In this document: positions 39,209 to 47,719 of the stretch, piece by piece
Layout of the letters: each line of letters opens with the position of its first letter
Numbering within the stretch: position 1 is the stretch's first letter
Assembly: GCA_014654705.1 (NCBI GenBank)
Contig: JACVZY010000095.1
Coordinates: forward strand, 5,045 to 69,044
Length of the DNA: 64,000 nucleotides
Reading direction: 5' to 3'
Source of the DNA: Ignavibacteria bacterium
Lineage (GTDB): Bacteria > Bacteroidota > Ignavibacteria > Kapaibacteriales > UBA4661
The notes under the pieces: generated by a model
What the model was told of the DNA's origin: nothing
Seen by the model: the letters and a program-made list of their open reading frames with translations, nothing else
The model's database searches: none
Position numbers and translations under genes: made by a program

Positions 39209-39622
39209 CTACAAAGCAGTTGATGTAGGGTTTATTAAAAATTCCTGAATTTTTTGCAGGTCTTTTGCCGTAATAAATTTGCCTATTTTATCTACCAACA
39301 CACTCAAGAGTGCTGATTTATAGGTTAAGTTTACGTTTGCCTCACCTTTGCGGAAGACTTGATAGTTGATTTGTGTATTCAGCATTTGCCATTTACTTTT
39401 CATCTCAATATAACCCAGGGCAAGAGAGGTACGCAGTTCTTCCTCTTCGTCATCGCCGACATCCTCGGCATGAGCTAGAAATGTAGCACGAACAGAGGAA
39501 GCCCATTCAGCGAGGTCAAGCCGCTCTTGTGGTGTACTTTCTTTATACGCCTCAAGGCAGCTTTTCCATGACTCTTCAATCTCGGCGCTGTGCAAAGCGT
39601 CGTGTAGTTGTTGGACGAGCAT
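39209..39622 (-). CDS. Hypothetical alpha-helical protein
   Basis: 137-aa ORF from ATG 39622 with an AGGAGA ribosome-binding-like site upstream; no family recognised. Confidence 0.65.
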   Translation of the reverse strand: MLVQQLHDALHSAEIEESWKSCLEAYKESTPQERLDLAEWASSVRATFLAHAEDVGDDEEEELRTSLALGYIEMKSKWQMLNTQINYQVFRKGEANVNLTYKSALLSVLVDKIGKFITAKDLQKIQEFLINPTSTAL

Positions 39623-39842
39623 TGTCTTTCTCCTAAAAATACGAGGTGGTGGTGATAGCAGCGCAATTTGGGAAATAAGTCGTTTCAAACAAGATTTTGA
39701 AAATACAAACGAATTTGATAATACGAAATTTTTCTGAACTGCGAGTGACAATAGTTTGTTCTTCGGCGGCTTTTTGCGATATTACCACTTGCAAGATACG
39801 TTGCAAAATACTTCTTTTCACTGATTTCCGCACACAGAACAG

Positions 39843-40619
39843 ATGTCTTTATCTTCTCTTGAATTGTTGTTACCGAATTTTCTGCCTGCCAGACCCTCTG
39901 CATTTGCGTACAGTCTTTGTGAATCGGCGTGGCGCGAATCCCTGCAAGCGCATACTCTGGGGCGTTTGTCTGAAAGTACAACTCCCAAAACACTGGCAGC
40001 AACCGGGGAAGCGTTGCTACAACTTTATGCGTCGTTTTTCCGCCAAGCCAAAGAGCAACAAAGCCTTGCCGAGACTCATCTGGAGCGCCTTACACGGTGG
40101 GGAGTCTGGGAAGAATACCCGCGCATGGCATTACCACAGTCGTGGGAACAAGTAATGATGCCGCTTCGGGGAATCGTAACGGCGTTTCCGGAAATCGAAC
40201 CAATACTCAGGCAAGGACACGTCCCGGACAATATCGTTTTCCGCTCGGCGTGGCGTTTTTTCTGCTTTCGCTATGGACAGAGGGCGCTGCACGAAGGCGA
40301 TATTGCGCTTCCACGCTTTGCCGAAGACCCGAAGGGAACCTTTGCTCATCTGCTTTCTTTGCAGCCTGTCCGCAAGTATGATGATGAATTTCCGACCACG
40401 CCCAAACTCAGCATCAAAGCACGCTTGCTCAATAAGCTATGGCAAAAATACGTCTGTGCGCAGCATGAAATAGAGCGGCAGCGTTCAGAAACCATGCAAG
40501 AAGCATATTCTCTGCGTCAAGCAATGCTTGCTGCCGCCGAGCAGTTTGTGCAAAAAGGACGTTTGCAATCGCCGTTGGATGTGTGGAATACCTCCATTCA
40601 CGATTTGGCAAAGCTTTGA
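39843..40619 (+). CDS. Hypothetical protein resembling the helical domain of PEP-synthase/rifampicin phosphotransferase-like proteins
   Basis: F..RYG.R...E.DIA.PRFAEDP and LRQAMLAAAEQFVQKGRLQSPLDVW..SIHDL patterns. Confidence 0.6.
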   Translation: MSLSSLELLLPNFLPARPSAFAYSLCESAWRESLQAHTLGRLSESTTPKTLAATGEALLQLYASFFRQAKEQQSLAETHLERLTRWGVWEEYPRMALPQSWEQVMMPLRGIVTAFPEIEPILRQGHVPDNIVFRSAWRFFCFRYGQRALHEGDIALPRFAEDPKGTFAHLLSLQPVRKYDDEFPTTPKLSIKARLLNKLWQKYVCAQHEIERQRSETMQEAYSLRQAMLAAAEQFVQKGRLQSPLDVWNTSIHDLAKL

Positions 40620-40713
40620 GGCTTGGTGTGCATAAGTGTAGCTCATTTCTCTCATCCACCTCACACCTTCTTGCCATCGCATTGCATCTCCGGCTCACTT
40701 TTTATCCTGTAAT

Positions 40714-42021
40714 TCAATTCTCCAAAAGCGTAGCCAAGCGCCGTGTGGCGTTTTTTCGTTCATACTGCGCAATCGTTTCTGCATTGGGTGAGAAAGGCTG
40801 CTGATTCCGCCATGCCTGAATATACGCGCCAATCACACGTGCAATACCTTCCACATCCGATTGATGCGCCGTTTTGCCCGATTCGGTTTGCATGAGCAGG
40901 TCGTGAATCGCCCCGTGTGTGGGCGCGACCGCAATGATGGGGCGCATTGCACCAATGTACTCATAGACCTTGCCGGGTACGATTTCTTCGCTTTCTTTTG
41001 CTTCGTCCACCACAAGCAGCAGCGCATCGGAGCGCAGCAAATAGGCGATACTCTCTTCATGCGCCATGTAACCGTGAATCTCCAGCAAGGCTTTGTGCGG
41101 AAAACAGTCAAACATTTCCAGCACCTCCGCACCGAAACGCCCGATAAACCGTGCAGTCAACTCTTCGGGTTGTATTTCACCGCGCTCAATAAGAAGTTCC
41201 AACGCCGCAAGGAAACTTGCGGGGTTGCGCCGTCCATACATGGAGCCGGTGTAGGTTATCGTGAATTTGTCGTTGGCGACTTCGCTTGCAGGCAGCACGG
41301 GATAATCGCTTGAATCGAAGCCATTAGGAATATGATGGAGCTTGGTGAGCGGAACGTCTGGAAATTTCCCAGCAATATCTTTTACAATCCCTTCCCACGC
41401 ACACTCAATGGCATCTGCCTCACGGAAAACCGAGTGTTCAAGCTGTTTGTCTATCCATGCAGGCAAAAGCCAGCGCTTGGGCGTGGTCAAAAAGCCCGTC
41501 CACGGGTCGCGGAAGCCCGTTACCCAGCGCAGACCGCTCCGGCGCTTGATTTGGCGGGCAATGAGTGAGGTGGTGTACGGTGGCGATGAATTGTAAATAG
41601 CATCAATACGATGCTCTTGAATCAGCTTCAAGCCCGCATCCACAGCCGTTGGTAACCATCCGATACGAGCATCGGGAATGAACACGGTAGCACGGATAAA
41701 CTCAGCGATATTTTCTGTAAAAGAGCGTCCTTGCGATTCTTTTTTTATCACATTCACATCAATAGGCGTATTGGCGGGCTTGCCCGTGAGCTTGCGGTAG
41801 AGTGTGTAGGGTTCATAAATTTCCGTCCGCTCGACGTGTACACCGCTTGGAATCTTTGCCATGAGGGATTCATCGCGAGCAGGAAAATCACCGTTTGCGA
41901 CCGTCAGCACAATGGGATTCCAACCGCACTCCGGCAAATACTGAATGTGCTTCAAGACACGCTGCACACCCGGACCGCCCGACGGCGGGAAATAATACGC
42001 AATCACTAATACATTTTTCAT
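40714..42021 (-). CDS. Glycosyltransferase family 4
   Basis: YYFPPSGGPGVQR, PDARIGW, FRDPW, IPNGFD and PGKVYEY. Confidence 0.88.
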   Translation of the reverse strand: MKNVLVIAYYFPPSGGPGVQRVLKHIQYLPECGWNPIVLTVANGDFPARDESLMAKIPSGVHVERTEIYEPYTLYRKLTGKPANTPIDVNVIKKESQGRSFTENIAEFIRATVFIPDARIGWLPTAVDAGLKLIQEHRIDAIYNSSPPYTTSLIARQIKRRSGLRWVTGFRDPWTGFLTTPKRWLLPAWIDKQLEHSVFREADAIECAWEGIVKDIAGKFPDVPLTKLHHIPNGFDSSDYPVLPASEVANDKFTITYTGSMYGRRNPASFLAALELLIERGEIQPEELTARFIGRFGAEVLEMFDCFPHKALLEIHGYMAHEESIAYLLRSDALLLVVDEAKESEEIVPGKVYEYIGAMRPIIAVAPTHGAIHDLLMQTESGKTAHQSDVEGIARVIGAYIQAWRNQQPFSPNAETIAQYERKNATRRLATLLEN

Positions 42022-42046
42022 AGGGCGAAGGGCTGGTGCATAGATT

Positions 42047-42343
42047 CTATGCGCTTTGTGGGGTGTCTGACGATGTGCGCAAAAAGAAGAGGCGAAAAAG
42101 GAAAAACTCAGGAATGACAAGAAGCACAAGCGAAAGAGTATCGGCTGTAAACCATGTGGTGAAGCCACCTTTGGGTGTAACAAACTTTGCAACACCGCCC
42201 GTAACCGCCCAGCCAATCGTAAAGACCAAGCCGATCAGCCCCAGAGCCAAAATGCCCTCTTTGATGTTTGCTTCCTGCCAACGCCGCGTAAAAGCATAGA
42301 GCGCGACGAGAATATGCAGATGGAAAATAATAACTTCAATCAT
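42047..42343 (-). CDS. Small hypothetical membrane protein
   Basis: 98 aa, three hydrophobic segments, co-oriented with neighbours. Confidence 0.6.
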   Translation of the reverse strand: MIEVIIFHLHILVALYAFTRRWQEANIKEGILALGLIGLVFTIGWAVTGGVAKFVTPKGGFTTWFTADTLSLVLLVIPEFFLFRLFFLRTSSDTPQSA

Positions 42344-42376
42344 GTTGATTCAGAAATGATGGTTCGCAGTAGTTGC

Positions 42377-42634
42377 TTAGGAATCAAGTTGTTTGCGTTC
42401 CAGCAAACGAATTTCAAGTTCGAGTTTTTGTACTTCAAGGTCGGTCTCTTTTTCGTGAAGAATAAGCGTGCGCTCTGCTAATTCCATTTCTTTGGCTTCA
42501 CGCAGGGCATCGCTTTCCATGCGCTTTTCTTTGATTCTTAGATTTTTGTACGCAAGCACGAAATTTCCCACGAGTGCAGGTAAACCGAGAAAAAAAATGC
42601 CGAGAGCCAATATTCTAAAAATTGTGTGATCCAT
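42377..42634 (-). CDS. Small protein with N-terminal TM helix and coiled coil
   Basis: 85 aa; hydrophobic helix followed by E/K/L heptads. Confidence 0.6.
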   Translation of the reverse strand: MDHTIFRILALGIFFLGLPALVGNFVLAYKNLRIKEKRMESDALREAKEMELAERTLILHEKETDLEVQKLELEIRLLERKQLDS

Positions 42635-42800
42635 AATGAACTAATGAAAAGTGGCGGAAAGAAACAAACGCTGTTGAGCAAAAAGCAAGCCTTTGGCAAT
42701 GGCGAAAATACTGCTTTCGCGCCTCTTGTGCAAATCCTGTAAACCTCAAGCGCCGATGCTCTTTTGGAGGGTCATCGGCGCTTGGCGTTATGGACAATTT

Positions 42801-43661
42801 TTATGCAAGTTCTTGAAGCGCTTGCTCTGCTTGCTCTTTATTCGGTGGCTTGCCGTGCCATTCGTATTTGTCGTGCATAAAGGACACGCCCTTGCCCATG
42901 AATGTTTTGGCAACGATACACGTTGGTTTGCCTGTTTTCGCAGCACGATTACGCTCGAAGAAATCAAAACCGCGATAGAGGTCGGCAAAATTATGTCCGT
43001 CAATTTCAATCACATCGAACCCAAAGGCAACGCATTTATCTACAATCGGATAGACGCTCATAATGTCCTTGACGCGCCCGTCAATCTGGCAGTCGTTGTT
43101 GTCAATAATCCAGCAGAAATTATCCAGTTTCAGGTGTGCGGCGGACATCGCGGCTTCCCAGACCGAACCCTCTTGGAGTTCGCCATCGCCCGTGAGTGCA
43201 AAAATTTTACGGTCGCTTTTCTCCAAGTGCAAATCGCTGATAGCCATGCCAACCGCAATCGAAATGCCGTGCCCCAGCGACCCCGTAGAAGTCTCAATAC
43301 CCGGCAGGTGCATATCCAAGCCCGGGTGCCCTTGCAGGCGCGAACCGAATTTGCGGAGAGTGAGAAGTTCTTCTTTTGGGAAAAATCCAGCATTTGCAAG
43401 CGTGGCGTACAGCCCCGGGCAAAGGTGTCCGGCGCTCAGCACGAAGCGATCGCGCCCTTTCCACTGGTAATCGTCAGCTTTGTAGCGCATTACACCGCCA
43501 AAATACAAAACCGAAAAAAGGTCAGCCAGCCCAAGAGGTCCGCCCGGATGCCCGGAACCTGCCAAAACAAGACTGCGAATAATATCGCGCCGGATTTCTT
43601 GCGCTATTGCCGCAAGGTCGGTATATTCCGCTTCGGAGCGTCGTTTATTGTCAAAAGCCAT
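42801..43661 (-). CDS. Transketolase, N-terminal (TPP-binding) subunit
   Basis: GSGHPGG, DRFVLSAGH, LQGHP, GSLGHG, GDGELQEGSVWEA and WHGK. Confidence 0.93.
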   Translation of the reverse strand: MAFDNKRRSEAEYTDLAAIAQEIRRDIIRSLVLAGSGHPGGPLGLADLFSVLYFGGVMRYKADDYQWKGRDRFVLSAGHLCPGLYATLANAGFFPKEELLTLRKFGSRLQGHPGLDMHLPGIETSTGSLGHGISIAVGMAISDLHLEKSDRKIFALTGDGELQEGSVWEAAMSAAHLKLDNFCWIIDNNDCQIDGRVKDIMSVYPIVDKCVAFGFDVIEIDGHNFADLYRGFDFFERNRAAKTGKPTCIVAKTFMGKGVSFMHDKYEWHGKPPNKEQAEQALQELA

Positions 43662-43780
43662 AGTATAAAAGTATGAATTACGAATAATAGAGTACAAAGT
43701 TTTCGTCTGTTTGCTTAGGGGAGCAATGCAGCCACGAATATAGAACAAAATTTAGATTCTTTAGAACGGAAAAAGCGTCT

Positions 43781-44908
43781 TTACAAAAAATCTTTCATCT
43801 GCTTGCGCCGGAGAAAATCTACGATTTCCTTTACGTCCTGTCCATGCCCGTTGCGGCAGATCACAAGCGCGTCTTCGGTCTCCACGACGATTAAGTCGTC
43901 CACATCCACAAGCGCAATGAGTTTTTTTTCTGCTTTGATGTAAGAATTTGTCACATTCACCGCTATCACTTCGCCCTCAAAAGCATTGTCTGCTGCGTCT
44001 TTTGGGGCAAGCTGATACATCGAATCCCACGAACTAAGGTCACTCCAGTCGAATGCGCCTTCTATCACGTAGGAATTGCGGGCTTTTTCCATCACGCCGT
44101 AGTCAATAGACGTGGAGCGGAATTGGCGATAGACCATGCGCAGCGTGTCATCATAGGTGTCTTTGCCCAGATGCTTTTGCAGCAAGCGGAGAATGTGAAC
44201 ATGGTCTGGTAAGAATTCCTCATAATTTTTCCACAAAACCGACGCACGAGAGAAGAAGATACCAGTATTCCACAAAAAATCGCCCGAATTAAGAAAGCGA
44301 ATTGCTGTTTCTATATCCGGTTTTTCTGCAAATGTCAAGACTTTACGCATTGCTTGAAGCGGGCTGACAAAATCTTCTATCACCACACGCGGCGTTTCGT
44401 CGAATGCCTGAATATATCCCAAGCCCGTCTCAGGACGTGTGGGCTGCACACCAAGCGCAATCACACCGTCGGTGATGGCGGCTGTTTCCGAAGCAAGCGC
44501 CGAAGAATAGAGAAAATCGCGGCGATTAGCAATGAGATGGTCGGAAGGAAAGACCGCTATGACAAATTCATCTTCTGTGCGCTCTTCCATTCGGTGTTGC
44601 AAGTTGATGAGCGCCAGCCCAATCGCAGCCGCCGTATTACGCCCGAATGGCTCTAAGATAAGATTGTCGGTGGAGAGTTCCGGCAGCTGCTCGCGGGTGG
44701 GGGCAGCAAGATTTTCGCTGGTGATAACAAAAATGTCCTCCGGCGGGAACATGAGCCGCAGGCGCTCAAAGGTTTGTTGAATAAGCGATTGCAATTTCCC
44801 CTCAGCATTCTCGAAAAGAGGAAGAAACTGCTTCGGTTTGTTTTCGCGGCTGAGGGGCCAGAGCCGCACACCGCCACCACCTGCTAAAATCAGAGCAAAG
44901 GTTTTCAT
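43781..44908 (-). CDS. Mannose-1-phosphate guanylyltransferase
   Basis: ILAGGGGVRLWPLSR..KPKQF, EPFGRNTA, PSDH, FAEKP, SIDYGVMEK and WSDL.SW. Confidence 0.93.
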   Translation of the reverse strand: MKTFALILAGGGGVRLWPLSRENKPKQFLPLFENAEGKLQSLIQQTFERLRLMFPPEDIFVITSENLAAPTREQLPELSTDNLILEPFGRNTAAAIGLALINLQHRMEERTEDEFVIAVFPSDHLIANRRDFLYSSALASETAAITDGVIALGVQPTRPETGLGYIQAFDETPRVVIEDFVSPLQAMRKVLTFAEKPDIETAIRFLNSGDFLWNTGIFFSRASVLWKNYEEFLPDHVHILRLLQKHLGKDTYDDTLRMVYRQFRSTSIDYGVMEKARNSYVIEGAFDWSDLSSWDSMYQLAPKDAADNAFEGEVIAVNVTNSYIKAEKKLIALVDVDDLIVVETEDALVICRNGHGQDVKEIVDFLRRKQMKDFL

Positions 44909-44915
44909 TGAGAAT

Positions 44916-46097
44916 TTAAGAAGTGAAGTAAATACGCGGTACGCGGGCGGTAATGCTGGTTAAAATTTCATACGGTATCGTGTGGAGTTGCTGTGCCCAA
45001 TCGTTAGCATCAATGCGGATTTCCTCGACTTCTGCCAGTGCTGACTTCTGCGAACCAAGGAGCTGCACGGTTTCACCAACAGCAAAGGGAGCATCGCCAA
45101 TATCCACCATGCACTGATCCATACAAATCGTGCCGACGACGGAAAAATATTGTCCGCCAATCATCACGCGCAGCTTTTCGGTCAGATTACGCCGAAGCCC
45201 ATCGGCATAACCAATCGGAATGGTCGCAATGGTTGTTTCGCGGAGCGTAGTATAGCGACGCCCATAGCTTATCGGCTCCTCGGCAGCAAGCCTGCGAAGC
45301 GAGATAATACTTGTTTTCAGAGCCATCACGGGCTTCACATTCAAAGGTTCGCTCAGTTCATCCGAAGGATTGTAGCCATAGAGCGCAATTCCGGGACGAA
45401 CAAGCGTGAAGAGAGCTTCTGCGCTTGTGTTTGCAATAGCCCCACTATTGGCAGCGTGTATGTAGCGAAAGCTATATCCGGCATCGCGCAAAGTCTGGAT
45501 GGTATCGCCGAAACGTTTGACTTGGAGGTGAAAGTAAGATGTATCGGCTTCATCGGAAGTGGCAAAGTGCGTACAAATCCCGTGTATGGCAATGTTCGGC
45601 AAATGCTCCACCGAGCGCATAAATTCAAGTGCTTCGTGTGTTTGGATTCCGTCGCGGTGCATTCCGGTATCAATCGTGAGATGTGCCTTCAGAGTGCGCC
45701 CTGTGCGTGCAGCTTCGGCAGAAAACGCTTGCATGGTCTCAAGCGAGGCGGCACAAAACTCTAAGTTGAGGCGACAATACTCTGCAGCACCATGCGGGAA
45801 GGGCGGTGTTACAACCGCAATCGGTGTTTCGTACGGAATGCGTCTGTCCGTGCGGAGTGGCTCTGCTTCGGCTGCAAATGCTACGCCCAGCATAGCGGCT
45901 CCTTCTTGAACTAATGCTTCGGCACAAGGCACAATACCATGCCCGTAAGCATCTGCTTTGACGACCGGCATAATGGCGGCGCTCCCTGCCCGCGCAGAGA
46001 TTGTGCGAAAATTAGCCCGAAGCCGCCCCAAATCTATTTCGGCAATGGTTGTGCGGAGTGGATATTCTTGTGGATAGTCGCGCGTAGTATAGTTCAT
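44916..46097 (-). CDS. alr: Alanine racemase
   Basis: VVKADAYGHG (PLP lysine), DTGMHR.G, VRPGIALYG, GYADG, CMD and TIPYEI. Confidence 0.96.
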   Translation of the reverse strand: MNYTTRDYPQEYPLRTTIAEIDLGRLRANFRTISARAGSAAIMPVVKADAYGHGIVPCAEALVQEGAAMLGVAFAAEAEPLRTDRRIPYETPIAVVTPPFPHGAAEYCRLNLEFCAASLETMQAFSAEAARTGRTLKAHLTIDTGMHRDGIQTHEALEFMRSVEHLPNIAIHGICTHFATSDEADTSYFHLQVKRFGDTIQTLRDAGYSFRYIHAANSGAIANTSAEALFTLVRPGIALYGYNPSDELSEPLNVKPVMALKTSIISLRRLAAEEPISYGRRYTTLRETTIATIPIGYADGLRRNLTEKLRVMIGGQYFSVVGTICMDQCMVDIGDAPFAVGETVQLLGSQKSALAEVEEIRIDANDWAQQLHTIPYEILTSITARVPRIYFTS

Positions 46098-46121
46098 TTT
46101 TTAGTCTGTGGTTGAGATGTT

Positions 46122-47126
46122 TTATTCCGCCCATTCAAAAGCCGTCCGAATTTGTGAAAGCGTATAGCCTGCTCCCAACGCCGCAATGAGTTTGATTCGT
46201 GCTTTTTGTCCCGTGAGATAATCAGCAAAAATGACTCCAGCTTCGTAGAGATGCTTTCCTGCTCCTTCGTAGGCGTAGAGATGCTCCACGCGTCCTATTG
46301 GGCAGCGTGAGGTCAAGACAACGGGTATGTTTTGCTCCAAAGCCCGAATAATCTGGTGAAAAACGGGTGGCGGTACATTCCCCACGCCCATTGCTTCAAT
46401 AACAATGCCTTCCGGCGGCGTACTACTTTCCAAGGCAAGCCGCATCAACTCAGATTCGGACGAGGTGTAACATTTAATAATCGGCACAAAACGAGGTAGT
46501 TCATTCACAGTAAAAGAATCGCGCCGAACCGGCTGCCGATAGAGCAGCACAGCGCCATTGACGATACGCCCCAGAGGACCAAAATTGCTGCTCTCAAACG
46601 TACTGAGGTTACTTGTATCCATCTTTGAGACCTCCGAAGCAGCCTGAATACTATCGGCAAGGCAGACCATCACACCCATTCCGCGCGCTTTGGGGCTAAG
46701 TGCGAGCAGCACGGCATCGCGGAGATTACGCGGTCCGTCCCAGTCAGGTTCGGAGGAGTTACGCATGGAGCCTACAATGACGATCGGTTTGACGGTATTG
46801 ACAGTACAATCAAGGAAGTATGCGGTTTCTTCGAGTGTATCGGTGCCATGCGTAATGACGATGCCTTGTATAGCGGGCTGGTCAGCAAGCGCTTGCACGT
46901 GACGCGAAAGTTCCAGCATAAGCTCCGGCGTAACGTGCGGACCCGGATAGCGCCCGAACTCACTGGCTTCGAGGTCGGTCAGAGTATGAATGGAAGGGGA
47001 GAGTGCTAAAATTTCTTCTGCCGATAGTGCCGGAACAACGCCGCCGAAAGCATTGTCCATTTTCATCGAGATTGTGCCGCCCGTAAAAACAATCGCAACG
47101 CGAGGTTTGATAGAAGCCACAGCCAT
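46122..47126 (-). CDS. L-asparaginase
   Basis: TGGTISM and ITHGTDTLEETA. Confidence 0.93.
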   Translation of the reverse strand: MAVASIKPRVAIVFTGGTISMKMDNAFGGVVPALSAEEILALSPSIHTLTDLEASEFGRYPGPHVTPELMLELSRHVQALADQPAIQGIVITHGTDTLEETAYFLDCTVNTVKPIVIVGSMRNSSEPDWDGPRNLRDAVLLALSPKARGMGVMVCLADSIQAASEVSKMDTSNLSTFESSNFGPLGRIVNGAVLLYRQPVRRDSFTVNELPRFVPIIKCYTSSESELMRLALESSTPPEGIVIEAMGVGNVPPPVFHQIIRALEQNIPVVLTSRCPIGRVEHLYAYEGAGKHLYEAGVIFADYLTGQKARIKLIAALGAGYTLSQIRTAFEWAE

Positions 47127-47233
47127 TGCCTTCCTTACAGAATAAGTATATGAGAATTGAGATAGAATGAACTATCGTGCTACTGTGTGCGAATTTACGC
47201 ACAAATTTTCGGGCAAAAAATGACAAAAAATAC

Positions 47234-47264
47234 TTGACAATGAAGCACGTTTCTTCTATCTTTG
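47234..47264 (+). promoter_or_regulatory. Strong-looking promoter for the small Lys-rich protein
   Basis: TTGACA-N17-TATCTTTG. Confidence 0.7.
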
Positions 47265-47315
47265 CGGTCGTATTTGTAATTCTTTATTGTTCAACCCAAA
47301 TTTCTGGGAAAAAAT

Positions 47316-47492
47316 ATGCGTAAAGTCCTTGGCACACTTGCCTTTTTGCTTGCTGTTAGCGTTGTAGCTCCGGCGTTTACCTTCGCTCAAGACGCTCCAA
47401 AAGAGGAGAAAAAAGAGATGAAGAAAAAAGCAAAAAAAGAGAAAAAAGAGAAAAAAGAAGACAAAATGGAGAAAAAAGAAGAGAAAAAATAA
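47316..47492 (+). CDS. 58-aa secreted Lys/Glu-rich microprotein
   Basis: MRKVLGTLAFLLAVSVVAPAFTFA-QDAPKEEKKEMKKKAKKEKKEKKEDKMEKKEEKK*; own promoter and terminator; below the ORF-track length cutoff. Confidence 0.8.
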   Translation: MRKVLGTLAFLLAVSVVAPAFTFAQDAPKEEKKEMKKKAKKEKKEKKEDKMEKKEEKK

Positions 47493-47521
47493 TTTCTCTG
47501 ACTTTGCTCCCGCATTTGATG

Positions 47522-47557
47522 AAGCACAATTGGCAGTCTGCCAGTTGTGCTTTTTTT
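47522..47557 (+). terminator. Intrinsic terminator
   Basis: AAGCACAATTGGCA...TGCCAGTTGTGCTT followed by a T tract. Confidence 0.85.
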
Positions 47558-47719
47558 ATGACATAGGGTAATTCTCCGAAATCTCGTATTTTTGTTTTGT
47601 GAACTCAAGAAGTTTCTTAGCCTTTAAAAAAATTGAACCCAAAATACTGCACTTCAATTTATGGCGTACTTGTGCCACAAACCTACGCCCCATTTTCATT
47701 CAACCAATTTTTAGCATTT

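Noticed and set aside
42693-43676. 327-aa + strand ORF
   Set aside because: Antisense to the transketolase subunit, with no recognisable motifs.
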